54,610 bases of DNA from Intoshia linei (lineage: Eukaryota > Animalia > Orthonectida): the NCBI GenBank assembly GCA_001642005.1, contig LWCA01000103.1:1-54610 (forward strand). The letters are read 5' to 3'. Under the pieces are notes generated by a model, which ran no database searches, was not told where the DNA came from, and saw nothing but the letters and a program-made list of their open reading frames with translations. Position 1 is the stretch's first letter, and each line of letters opens with the position of its first letter. The translations under genes were made by a program, and so were the position numbers. Positions 12,301 to 25,100 of this stretch are shown one piece after another.

Positions 12301-15300
12301 ATCTGTTATTAAACTTTAATAACAGACAAAAAAGACAAATTAAAATAAAAATAACTAATTAATTTACATTTCTTTAATTTAAAGACATGTTATAATAATA
12401 CTGTTTTTATTTATTGTATTGATGTTAGTACGATAGGTATAGTATTATATGTTTATTATTATTATTTAATTAACCTGAATTGATATGTTTCTTATAAGAC
12501 GTAGTTTTAGTAAACAGCAAGATGTCGGCAATTTTAACAACTCCATAAGTTGATTGATAAATAAATTTAAAAACAAGTCGTATCTCCCCGGCTTCCAATT
12601 TAATATTTGATTTGTGCCATGAAGCTTCAGAATCAGCAAATTTGACAGTAAATAAATGAATTTCTTCTTTAGTAGATTCATCAATTGATGCGATTTCCAT
12701 ATTCATGAATTTTACATAATAGTCAAACAACAACCAGGATACATTTTTGTTTTTATAGACTGGAGATATAAATTTTATCCAATCATTTGCGTAAACCACA
12801 TTATCTGGAGCAACATAAGATTGAACAATATGTTTTTCTAAAATTAAAAAATGATAAAAAAAAATTGAAAACTAAAATTTAATTATATAAAACCCTGAAA
12901 CGTTCCACATCTTAAATTCACATATCTCAGGTTGGAACTTTCATAGTTGAGAAACAAATTAATAACAATATACAATAATACTAATTTTTTACCTGTATTA
13001 TTGAGCATTCCATCTTTGAAGTAAGCATAATCATTTTTATTGTCAGCAACTATTAGTGTTCTATTCAAGCTCAAATGTAAATTGGACACATAATATCGAT
13101 ATCCACATGTATCTTCATCCGTAAATGCGCAATTTATCCCTAATGGTTCGTAAACTAAAAAATTCAATTTTAGTCAAGTTTAACGGATAAATAGAACAGA
13201 TAAATATGATAAATTATATATGTGAATACGTCACATTGCTAGATTGTATGAAAATATTTTTTAGAAGCCTGTACTTATATAAAATTGAATGTCTGGTGTG
13301 TCTGTGTTTGTCAATGTGTTACCGTATATTTAACAAATTGACAATCGTAGAATGTAAATAAACCCTATTTCTAATAAAAGTTTTCCTAGGGCATGTCTAC
13401 ATATATTTTTCAGTGCCAGAATTTGAGTCCTTCAGAGTGAAAAACCCACTTTGCCCTTTTATTTTAAAATAAACTCAGCCTAAAAATTTAATAAAACCAT
13501 ATATGCTGGTATGCGTTTTAAAATCATTAGGATTGTCGGTAATCTCAGCCTCACAAATGTACAAAGTTATGGTTAAAACCACAAATAACCCTTTTATTAA
13601 AAATGAAACATGTCAAAAAAAATTATAAAACATCAATTATGGTGTAGTTTTAAAAACGATAAGCATTGTTATATATCTCAACCTCAAAATTGTGTATAAT
13701 AACGATCAAAACCACAGATAAGCCTTTTTTTAAAAAATGAAAATAGCCTTAAAATTTAAAAAAATTACAGTTGATACAGCTATATATGTATATTCTATTA
13801 CTATAAAAATTTTCAATCTGAAAAAGTGACGCCTTCACGCTCAAAAAAGCACATTAGTATTAATTTTTTTTCGAAACAATTTTAACAATTTATCACTTTA
13901 TTACGAAACTACTATGAAAATACCGGTATTTACAATTTTATTTTTTATGGAATTTAAGCAATTTATGAAAATTTTTAGGATTGTATGGTTTGACTTTATT
14001 TTTAAGATTATACACTCATTATTTCTAAAAATTAAAAAAATGGCATCAAAAATTGTTTATTCCTTACACAAATGTTTACAAAATAAAAGTAAAGGGGATT
14101 AATTCACTTTATAGTAAAAGATAATGTGAAATGACCGGTACTCAGTGAAAAAATTTTGCAACCACTCCTTTAAAGGATCGATAATAGTGAATAGTAGCAT
14201 TTTTAAATTGGTTAATTTATTTTCATTAATTATCTTATTTTCTTATTGAATTGATTTTTTTGGGTAGAATTAAAAAAGTCTACCCTTGACAGAGCTATGT
14301 GCTCTTTGTACAACGTAATTGGCTTTCAAGCTAGTAATATATAAAAAAATGAATATGTATCAATAAAATTACACAAATTCCTAGCAGTAACAGCTTGAAA
14401 GGAAATGGTTGATTTGACAGACATGGTGGTATATTCTGTTGTTTGTCCTGTTTGAGTGGTACCCGTAAATTTTTTAGTAATTACGGTAGTGGACTCATCA
14501 ATATTAGTAAAGTTGATAAAGTCTGCAACCCTTTTAAGACACATTGGACAAATTCTATAATAAGACCAACAGTGATTATATATATCATGTTTTTCCGTAG
14601 ATATTACATCATCATTTTTCTGTTTCGGTGAAACAGTGGACATTGTAGTAGATGATTGCATTGATTCAGGAGTATTTGGTTTAATCTTTACGGTAGAGTT
14701 TGCCTTAACGGTAGTAGGATTTATAGTGGAAGGCATGGCGGATGTAATTTCTTGAGCCGGTGGGTGTTCACAATCTCCAAACGTAATATTTGTAACATAT
14801 ATTACAGCATTTTTATCCGCTAGAACGGCATCAAAGCGTAAATGAAATGTACCACTAGGTAAAGCTAAAACTGTAAATTGATATTTAGCGAAATTAAACC
14901 CATGTATTTTACACAATGGAACGACTTTGAATGGATTATCCTTAGTAAACTTAGACACGTAAAGAGAAGAACCTTTTGTGACGTTCATTAACATTCTCAC
15001 GCAACCTTCATGCGAATTTATTTTTACGTTTTTATCTGTTTTTGTATTCTTTTTTCCAGCAAGATTTTCAACGTTAAATTGAAATGATGTTACATTATTA
15101 GAGACATTCATTAACGGTAGAATGAGAGTTGCAATGTCTCCTTCGTTAGCCTGTTTAATATCAACACCCAAAACATGTTTATTATTTATTGTTTGCCGTA
15201 CCCATTTCACTTTACTTTCACTATCTAATTCATACCCACATAAAAATGTGCTATTGAATGAACATACAAGATTTGGAGTAGCTAAAATAGATTTTATATA

Positions 15301-18300
15301 AATATTAGTAGAAATAAATACTGCAATGCCATTCGTCTTCACCATTCGGACAATCTTTTATACCGTCACAAAATAGACTTTTTGATATGCAAACTGATTT
15401 TTTTCCAGAACATCTATGTATGTCTTTTCCTTTTGGACAATCTGTATATGTGTGTATATAAAATTAATCAATATTTTTCAAATACTGTTAATTACTCGCT
15501 GTATTTATTTCTATAAAGTTGTAATGGTAGATATGACTCTATAGGGAAGATTCTGACATACTTTTTCATTTAAATAATAAAATAAACATTTCACAGGGAG
15601 TGTAGTTGTAAATTTGACTTTGTGTTTTGAAAAAAATGTATTATTTTGACATTTTAATCTCTTAATTACTTAAAATTAAATGTCTGTGTGTCTGTTACAG
15701 TATATTTAAAAAATTAGCAGTCTCAGAATTTAAAAAAACTAAATTTCATATACAGTTTTTGTAGGGGATGTTGAAATCTATATTTAAAGTTTCTAAGGTG
15801 ACCACAACTTCGTTTTTTTCGCAACACCGAAAAACGTACTATTATCAATTTAAGTTTATTATGTATTTAATTTCACAATAGAATATTTCATTTTGTACTA
15901 AAGAAATGTAATTAAAATTTTGTAACTAAGTAATTATTGTGAATTGTGAATACATTGTTAGTACAAATGTACGTTTTTAGTACGTTTTTATTCTGGTCGC
16001 TCTATATTATTAACTTATTCTAATATTATTATTATTCTTATTTACTAACTTATTCTACTTTGTTGTAATAGTGAAGTTACAGTAACAGTTCCAACTGAGT
16101 TGTAACTTCACTTTAATATTAATAAACTTAGTTGAGCATGTGTATTTTATCGATAAATTATAATGCCACATTCGGACCTTAAATCTACAAGATTCCTTCA
16201 GATTTAATAATCTATCTTTCATTCATTACCATTACATACTTTGATGAAAAAACTGATTTATCGTGTTATTGTAGAATTTTTTAAATGATGACAGACATAA
16301 TATTTAAGATAATTTTACCACAAATTTCGATAGAACAATATTCTAAATCATATTTGGAATTGTTCTAAATTATATTCTAAAAATTGAGTATGAATTCATA
16401 CTGTGACACACCAAGCACCATTCTTGTCGTCATCCGGATTTCTACAATAATTTTTTGATATCGCAGTGTCGTTGACTAAATTTCTCTTATCCGTGTATAA
16501 CCACATCATATCAATCATTTTTCTGGGTATATCATTCCAAGCAATGCACGGTTCTCCGGACACAGTTATATTTTGTTTTCCAGTATAATCTGTACCAAAA
16601 AAAGAAGTGGCACACGTCGCTATTAAAAAATAACAAAATTTTAGATAATTTTAAATTACACTAGAAAGACTGAACCCTTTCTAATGTTAAATAATTAGAT
16701 TATACACTTACTATTTTGACATTTCCCAATTTTAATATCATCAAAAACTGAAAAAATTCCCCTTTTCCCAATGGATGAGTGACTTGCTTCTATCACTATT
16801 CGATAATAGCCTGTTGGAATATTTATCTGTACTTGAGACCAATAAGAATGACCTTCTGTATTACGTTCCCAAAGTGTATTCATTGAATAATCTCTTTCAA
16901 GTGTTTTTATTGATAGTTTTCCAGATAATATTTGATAGTATAATGACAAACAATTGCTTCCATCTGATAGTATATACGGCGATCTTAACTGAGCTTTACG
17001 AGTCTTTTGAATAAATGTATCCATTGTCATCATGTATGATCCATTAGCTAAAATAAACTGTAATATTATGGCAAAAAGCAATTCTCACTCATCTCTGAAT
17101 AGTGAAATATGCTTATATCACAAACTGTAGATGATCACGCGTTAACCACGTTGAAAACCACAAATTTAAACCCTTAAATAAAAAATAAGTATACTCCTTA
17201 AAGTGGTATGATCGTAATGTGGAATAAATTTATTTATCAAATTGTGACTGTCCCATGAAACTCGTTGCCATTTCACGGCTGCTGTGATGATGTTATCAAA
17301 ATTACATTTATCTTGCTTAAAATCACATTCTAACGTCTTAAAAACTAAAATGATGAATAATTAGTTTAAAAATATTTAATCAACCTCGACATTTTTTTCT
17401 TCTGTAATAATTTACATTGTTGCGTTTTTCCAGTTTTAACGATCCAGAATTAAAGTCAACTGGCGTTATATAGCAAACGTTTAAATTGTAGTCAAAAATC
17501 ACAGAACAACATGTATCGTTTTCTATTTCCAGGCAGACGGATTTACACACATCTATGGAGAGATCCTTACTATATCATTAATTAATAATATGAACATTAT
17601 TACAATCTATTATATATTCATAATAAATTACTAGTATAGCCGGGCTTGATCATTTCCAATTAAATCGGTTTCCGTATAAATGTCAAAAGCTGTGTGGATC
17701 TGTTCGATTTTGTCTACTTTAATACATTTATTAAAATAGTATTAATAAAAATAATGAGATTTAAAGTGTTACATTGTTGCACAAGTCAGGAACATTTAAA
17801 ATATAACCATCTGGCAACATTAATTTTTTAATAATATAAATGCATCGTATCGCAAAATAATTAATAATTAAATAATTTAAACTAACCTGTACTATCGTTG
17901 TTGGAAAAACTATTGTTACTGGAATATGCGTTTTGTAGAATGTTAAAAACTCCCAATTTTTGAGCTGCCGTGAGTCTGAAAATTGAAAATATAACATTAT
18001 TAACAATCGGTATATTCAGGCATATCAATACTACACAATAATAATACTATTATCAATACAAACCAGTGATTTCCAACCGTTTGATTCTTTTGGTATGAAA
18101 TAAACTAATGGAGAAGGGCTATTTCAATGTATCATTGCAATGACGATAAAATTTTTGAAAAAATATTGAAATCCCCATTTATTAAAAACTTGCGGTTAAA
18201 CTAAATTCTTTTCTTGAAAAAACTCCGGTACGTGTTACTGGATATATACCGTTAGATTTAGTTATATTTAATATTAATTTATTTTTATCTGAGATATGAA

Positions 18301-20370
18301 CCGCCCATGGGCCGTTAGTTGGAAAACGCTTAAATAATTTATAATTAAGTAATAGTTTTTACCTAAATGTATTTTGATTACATATCGTTACTCTAGGAAA
18401 GTCTATTGAGTCACTATCTAATGTTTAATTAACGTTATATAAAATTAAAAGATATTCAATATACTAAAATAAATTATAATTATTTATTCATTCTCTTCCA
18501 GTAATATTGAAAAATAAATTTCTTTTATTAATTTGTCAATTTTCAATCTAACTCATAGAAAAATCAATTTTTTTAATACATGTACGTTTGTACATTTATT
18601 ATTGTTTCAACACTTTTTGAATAGTTTTTGTAACAATTTAAAATTCATTGTAATTCAAAAACAGTAAATAAAAATTATATCTGAGAATGGATCAATCATC
18701 ATAAGTGGCTTATCACATAAATTTAAATTTATATACTACATTATGTATATAAATAATGTGTATAGCAAATGAGTAAATTATTTATTACACAAAATTTCCA
18801 CGTTGACGTTCTTTGGGTAAGTGTACATAAACATCAGTCGGCTTACAGTCATATATATAAGTATTATCCAAAAGGTTGATACGGTTAATAACCATATTAA
18901 TCTAGTTTTAAAATATACATGTATACGAGATTTCAATATTACAGACAACTACATGCATGTAGAAAAACTAGGTTGACTGTTATGTACTACGTACAAACAG
19001 CAGCTAGCTCTGCCGAGGGCAGACGTTTTAGTTTAAAGACCAATTTTTTAATTTATTATATAATATGATTGTATGATTTTAAAAACAATCAAATTATACT
19101 ACAAGTCGAACAAATCTTCATAAATAATGATTTTAAAATAGCTATCAGATTGTATATCCTTTTAAATCCTCGTAAAAAATTCTAGTTAACAAATAATGTC
19201 AGTTTGTTATTATTTTTTATTTTGTACTTATTTATAAATTATTATAATTAATGTATCAAGTTAAAAAATTAATACCAAAATGATTTTTAGACCGAGAAGA
19301 CGTCACTTTGTGAGATTAAACTTTCCGTGTGTTTTAACATGAGATAACTGTATATTCTGTAATTTTTGTTCAAAGTTTAAAATTATTTTCATTTTTAATA
19401 AAAAAAGGGTAATGTGAGTTTTTATTCGTGAAAATGTACTTTTTTGAGATTGCGATTTATGATAATGTTATTATTTGTAAAAATATCACTCAATTTATGT
19501 TTTATAAAATTCTAAGTTTTTTTCATTTTAAATAAAGGAGTAATGTACGGTTTTGGTCTAGAATGTTTTTGAATAGCTTTTTGAAATTGAAATTTATAAT
19601 GTTCATGATTTTAAAATATTATCAGTGTGCATATTTTTTAAATTCTAGGTCTCTTTGATTTAAAAAACAGATAATTGCGGTTTTTGACCGTTAACATATA
19701 AATAAAATAATAATTTTCGTGATTAAAATAATTTATCAATTTAATTATTACTGCTACCATTACATAATCATTAGAAATCTTCAATATTACCGTATGGTAT
19801 CCACCAAATATTTGATAAATTTTTTTTAGAATTTAAATTTTGTGTAAGCTAGCCTGCTCACGGTAGAAAAGTTTAGAAACATAACTTCAACGGGTTAGTT
19901 AAAGTGAATGTTAATATGTTGGATAATAGTGACGTGTTTATGTATAATTAAATTTAAAAACTTGATTGCAAAATTAAAATCATCCGTTTTTAACAGAGTT
20001 CCCTCCTCATTTAACTATCGTTTGTACCAAGTATAAAACTATCAATATATTCAATATTCACTACTAGATTCTAGTGTATTATCTTGTAATCTAAAACTTG
20101 TTAAATCTCGAAAAAATATAAATTTAAAGAAAAAAATATTATTTTCGATGATTATCAAATTTTAAAAAAAATCAAAGATTCAAGAAATATCTACAATTAT
20201 AAATACATCTAACCGTCGTATTTTGTAGTCTTCACGGTTTCCAACGTATCTTAAACCGCAAACAGAAACCTCCGAACTAAAATTGCATAGTTCATCGTTT
20301 ATATTAACTACAATTAAAATTAAAAATCATAAAACTACATTAATCATAAAGTTGTACCTTTTGGCTTCAT
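6387..20370 (-). CDS. Giant multidomain DEG/ENaC (ASIC/FaNaC-like) ion channel subunit, ~21 exons, ~2100 aa: TM1 - PAN - MAM - Kringle - LDLa - MAM - S/T stalk - MAM - MAM - LDLa - DEG/ENaC palm/thumb - helical insert - TM2
   Basis: Manual GT-AG exons with consistent phases: 20358-20370, 20214-20307, 18789-18901, 18363-18417, 17887-17975, 17773-17810, 17632-17699, 17385-17569, 17195-17344, 16712-17047, 16402-16619, 16319-16364, 15322-15441, 14373-15281, 12993-13154, 12475-12837, 12205-12227 (least certain), 12042-12150, 8890-11722, 7102-7193, 6387-6700. DEG/ENaC hallmarks: pre-M1 FSSEVSVCGLRYV; TM1 RLIWLLTVSTFWIILIYMTV; post-M1 FPRVTICNQN; TDYGRCYTF; GLSLTLNIEQYEY; Cys-rich thumb; CPKPC; TM2 SEMGGYAGLFTGLSVLSLFE. 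Confidence 0.9.
8373..8620. mobile_element. hAT-type MITE (248 bp) in a channel intron
   Basis: TIRs CAGGGTTGTGTAGAG/CTCTCCACGACCCTG; 8-bp TSD AACGTAAT/AACGTAAC. Confidence 0.8.
11120..13154 (-). other. MAM domains 3 and 4 and LDLa repeat 2 of the channel
   Basis: MAM3: CAFTDEDTCGY...KFISP...LLFDYYV...WHKSNIKL...IRLVFK...IADILL. MAM4: CNFNNEFLCNF...WLR...GYYI...CLTFYYNM...WLKGQFTVP.GKYKLSI...IDDLNLNPGKC. LDLa2: CAYDNVACSGTMSCIPVEFMCDKISNCAYFDDEIYANC. Confidence 0.8.
13268..14334 (+). mobile_element. Non-autonomous Helitron-like element, near full-length, in an intron of the channel gene
   Basis: Starts with the family 5' motif (T)ACTTATATAAAATT...TGTCTGTGTG and ends AGAGCTA.GTGCT.TTTGTAC...CAAGCTAG|T. 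No TIRs or TSD. The same 3' end recurs at ~3853-3896, ~6324-6368 and reversed at ~18968 and ~32102. Confidence 0.7.
14373..15281 (-). other. MAM domain 2 followed by a Ser/Thr/Pro-rich mucin-like stalk
   Basis: CSFNSTFLCGY...WVR...ATLILP...GCVRM...LPSGTFHLRFDA...VTNITFGDC, then PSTINPTTVKANST...SSTTMSTVS...GTTQTGQTTEYTT. Confidence 0.75.
15322..15441 (-). other. LDL-receptor class A repeat 1 (single phase 1-1 exon)
   Basis: DCPKGKDIHRCSGKKSVCISKSLFCDGIKDCPNGEDEWHC, with the CDGxxDCxxGxDE motif; not in the supplied ORF track. Confidence 0.9.
16319..16619 (-). other. Kringle domain of the channel
   Basis: CATSFFGTDYTGKQNITVSGEPCIAW...KNYCRNPDDDKNGAWCVT plus a 46-nt exon NNSKYDLEYCSIEIC; contains the NYCRNPD signature and six Cys. 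Confidence 0.9.
16712..17344 (-). other. MAM domain 1 of the channel
   Basis: CDFKQDKCNF...W.R...PHYDHTT..GSYM...AQLRSP...CLSLYYQ...WSQVQINIP.GYYRIVIEA...DDIKIGKC, the canonical MAM motifs, split over two exons. Confidence 0.85.
17385..17790 (-). other. PAN/Apple domain within the channel ectodomain
   Basis: Spliced translation DLCNN-IHTAFDIYTETDLIGNDQARLYYKDLSIDVCKSVCLEIENDTCCSVIFDYNLNVCYIT...VNYYRRKKC fits the PAN pattern (CxxxC...C.s..y......C...YY..C). Confidence 0.75.
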
Positions 20371-20959
20371 TGACCAGATTCAGAGTTGATTGATATTGTT
20401 TAACATATTTTTATTATGATTATCATTATTATCAAGCATAATATAAAGTTTCATTTAATTAGGTTTAATCCGTATTATAGTCATTAATTAGGATAGATTG
20501 TCCTATAGATTGTGTCAAATGTATAGAATTAAATGTTGTAATTTTTAAGCAAATTTTATTACGTTTTGTTTCAGGTCACAAAGTTAATGCGATTAATATT
20601 AACATTTGAATTTTATTTGCGAACCATTTACAAATTATATCAAGTTTACTTATTTGTTGTGAGATTTCTAGATAATGGAAACTAATTTTTAAAATTTTTA
20701 AGAGTTTATTGTATATCAAGGGTCGAGCAATTTTTTTCGTCCTCCATCCCATAAACCCTAAAAATAAAATGTTGTGTTATATCTTATTTACCAGTAATAT
20801 CAAAACTTATTACGGACTGTAAACATTAAACAACACATGTTAAATCATTTAAATTTGACCAGTCGATAGTATATATTTAAAATTTAAGTCTAAAAATGAC
20901 ATAATATTAGTATTTTATACGTTTAAATTATTTATTATATTATTTATTTATTAAATTAT

Positions 20960-21235
20960 ATTAAGGTCTGTCAAAATATTCAAAATTGAGGATAAGATAC
21001 TTTTATATTTTTCTCCATTCATTATCCTCTTAATGCACACAATATTTCCTGTTCCATTAATGCTAAAGCATCCCCAAATCATTATACTACCGCCACCATA
21101 CTTGACAGTAGGAATCAGATTTTTTTCTTGGAATTCCTCCTTTGCTTTACGGAAGATAAATCGATTAGAATTTCTTCCAAACAACTCAATTTTGGTCTAG
21201 TCAGACCAAATTATCCTCTTAAAATAATCATATTT
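20960..21235 (-). mobile_element. Tc1/mariner transposase relic
   Basis: IIWSD*TKIELFG...PTVKYGGGSIMIWGCFS..GTGNIVCI...MNGEKYKSIL, a Tc1 DDE-domain fragment with a stop replacing the E of WSDE. Confidence 0.85.
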
Positions 21236-22189
21236 ACTTGTCTGTTAAGAAAGTAATAGAATTCGAGTTTTCAAAATTTATTATTTCTATTACAGTTTTT
21301 CGAGAGTGATGTTTTATCGCAAATTTCATTTTCAGAAATTTAATATTTCAAGGTCAAAAACCCCAATTATCCTTTTTATTTAAAATTTAAACCCGTCCTA
21401 GAATTATAAAAAATCATACGCATTCTCGATGAAAAATTATTTTTAATATATCATCAACCAATATTTTTTAAATATTTCGATTAAAATAAAAATTGAAAAT
21501 GTAAATTTAATCCTACAATTTCAAAATAAACGTGCAGTGAACGTATACACATTTCCAATAAAGAAATATGGGTGAAAATCTATATAATTCATTCCTTCGG
21601 AATTTTTTTTATTGCTACGCAAATTTTAAATTCTCATTTTCAAAACATTTTGAATAAAATTTAAATATAAACTAAAAAACGAAACTAAAACATAATTTTT
21701 ATATTTATTACAATCCTTGTTTGTTCCAAAGTTTGTAATAATAAAAACACTCTACATAATTGTGTATATATTTGGCAATTCAATTTGATATATAACTTGA
21801 ATCTTGCTAAAATTATATTTTGTAATTTTTTAGCATTACCAATTTTTAAATACTACATTGAGTGTAATTAAATTATAAAATAAATTGCAAGGTGCAGTTT
21901 TATCGATATAATTTCATATTATTTAAAAAAATCAATAATTAACGATTATAAATGAATTTTATTTTTCTATTAGTTTAATTTTCAAACTATAATCGATATC
22001 GAATGATTGTGAAAGCATTTGGTATTAAATCAAAATGTAGATTTTAACTAACTACTAAAATTAAAATATCATCTGTTCACAAGTAACATTGTATATTTCT
22101 AAATATTATTGATTATGTATCTATTTGTTTTATATATCAAATTTTTATAGTTATTATTTATTTTACATTTGCGTCAACAATAAACGAAA

Positions 22190-25100
22190 ATGGCTTCTGA
22201 ATGGAAAAAAAAACACATTGACCAAATACATCAACAATTGGTAGAATTTACAAATAAATGTCTAAATACGACGGAAAGTGATAAGGTTTCTATTCTACAA
22301 TCATTTTTATTGATAAGTTGTGGTTGAGACATATTTTCAACCATTATAATCTTATATGATTAATTTTAATTTTATGTTAACACGTAAATGATACAACCAA
22401 TTATTACAAACAGTTCAATGATAATTGATCAAATCTCGATTTTTATAGATATTTGCAAATTTTCTAAAATAATTCATTTGATATAATCTAGGATTTTCAC
22501 CGTTATTCCCAACATGGTCTATATTAGTGTTATATACATTAGGAGTGTTCCAAAATTTTATAAATTAGGTCCAAATACTGATAAAGTTGCGTGTGATAGT
22601 TTTATGATAATCGTGAAAAAAAAAATTTTTGAAAATTTTTAGTGGAAGAGCTTGTCATTTTAAAAATTTCATACACAAATGTTCTAGAAAAACTAAAATA
22701 TAACTTTATTTACTGGAATGTTACGATGAGATCCTGTAGTTATGTTTTGAGTGGTCTTGTGTTGTTCGTTATGTTTGGTTGTTCATTTTCCACCTTTAAA
22801 TTTAATTCTACCTCCTTTATTATTATTTTATAGATGTTTAAAGTTCTTTTCATTTTATAAAAATTGGTTGGTGAAATTTTGTTTTTTCTTTTAGAATCAG
22901 ATAGAGAGATTTCTATATAAAATTTTGATAAAATTGGATTTTTTATCTAAAAATTGGTAAAAAGGGATAATTTCCTTTAAGAGTTGGTAAAATTTTGGTT
23001 TTTTCACATATTTAACTAAATGGAATAAAATATGTTAAAAATTTATCATTTACCCTATTCACCCACAATTATCTAAAATTTTAGTATTCACCCCCTCATA
23101 AAACTATTCACCTCTTGGGGGTGCATGTGCACCCCCATGAGAAGCACTGCATTAGAACAAAACTCGTATCAATAAATCAATTGAAATTGAATACAACGTT
23201 TATAATTTTCAAACTGCCTGTAACATATATACGAACTTGTGTATTTTTAATCAATTTAGAATTCAAATTTACATCCACCCATCAACACACTTGAAAATTA
23301 TTTGATCAATTTGAATGAAAAAATAGAATGTAATAATGAAATAATGAATAAGCAACAAGGGATGATTTACGAGAAAAGTATATTGAAATTTAATGATAAT
23401 TTAAACGTAATTACTAATTAGCCATTCTCACAGAAAGGTTAAAGAAAGAAAACGAAAACGTAATAAGTTCATAACTAATTAATATAATTATAATTAACTT
23501 AATTTGAGTCAATTAAAATTTTAAATATAATACAAGTTAATTTTTAACGACATTGTATTTATATTTTGTTTTTCTATATAAAGTTTATAACAAACCAAAG
23601 TTATCAGCTTTTAATAATAAGTTATTATGCGTCGAGAAAAAAGAAAAATTCAGTAAGATGTCAATTTTTGATTCTATTAGTATAATTGAATGAAAGGAAA
23701 AGCAATTGCCCCATGTTGTTTTAGTGTACCATAGATACAATAGAATGTAATTTTTAAAGGTGTATTTTTATTTAAATATAAATCAGAATTCACTAGAAAT
23801 TGACAAATGTTAGGAACGAAATGAAAATTATCCAAAAAAAAATATTTTTTTTCTTTTAAATTTTTTGGAGATTTTTCAGAGCACATGGTCCGTTTTTTTG
23901 TCAAAGATTTACTTTTTTTATATAGAAAAACAATAGAAATAATAAAAATTTTTAAATTTTGAAAAAAGTGGTCAACTTCTCACAATTGTTCTATGGTCCG
24001 TTACTGAACATATTATTATATATTCTGCAGGGATTTCTTATGAATAAGTGAATTACATTAATCTAACATTGAGCGCATTGAGAATTATCAATAAAATAAA
24101 ATTTAAAATATAATCATAATTATAATCTGAATCTTAATGAAACCAGTTGATTTTAGATGCAAAAAAAATTTGCACAACTAGAATCCAAATACAATGTTTT
24201 GAATATTATTCTCACTAATAAAATGGAAAAGATTGTTCACTTGAAAAACGGTATTTATCCTAACTTATATATAAATCTATTTGTTTGTCTGTTTGTTTGT
24301 TATCATTTATTTCAATAATTTAGAATCTGAGAAATTTAAAAATTCCACATTTCTATTACAGTTTTTTGAGGGGAAGAAAGAAAGTTACATTTCTATCTCA
24401 GAAATTGAGTTTTTTAAGGTCAAAAACCCCAATTGACCTTTTTTTAAAATTTAAACCCGTCCTAAAATTATAATAAAATACACAATCTGATCAAGATTTT
24501 AAAATCATCAACGTTATGATTATATTAAAATGTTATATCTTCACTCCCAAATGCCCAAATTACTTTTTTTTTTGTAAAAATAAAAAAAGTCCTAGGATTG
24601 TATACAACATAAATTCTGAGATAGTTTTTTAAATCATAAGCATTATCATAAATGGCAACCCTCAAAAAAGTTTATTTTCACGATCAAAACACCAGATTAT
24701 TTTTTTTTAAAAAATAAAAACCCCTAGAATTTAAAAAAAATCAATCTGACAAAATGACGTTTTTGTGGTCAAAAAAGCACTTTAGTCTTCATTTTTTTTC
24801 GAGACTATTTTTTAAAACAAAAAATTTGAAATAATGAAAAGTTTTCAATTAAAAAAATTATTCTGATACAGCTTATTCCAGTTAATGTAAATACAAAATT
24901 TCCAAAAATTTTTAAAATCCATATTCTAAATCAGTTTTTTTTGGTACAGACAGTAATATAGATCTAACAATGATAAATGTACATCTTTAAAACCCCATCT
25001 ACCTGGATTTTGGGATTGATATATTATTATTAACTTAGGGGTTTGTATAAACGTTATTAACCCTAACCAAAAATGTAAGATTATATTACTCGCGACCACT

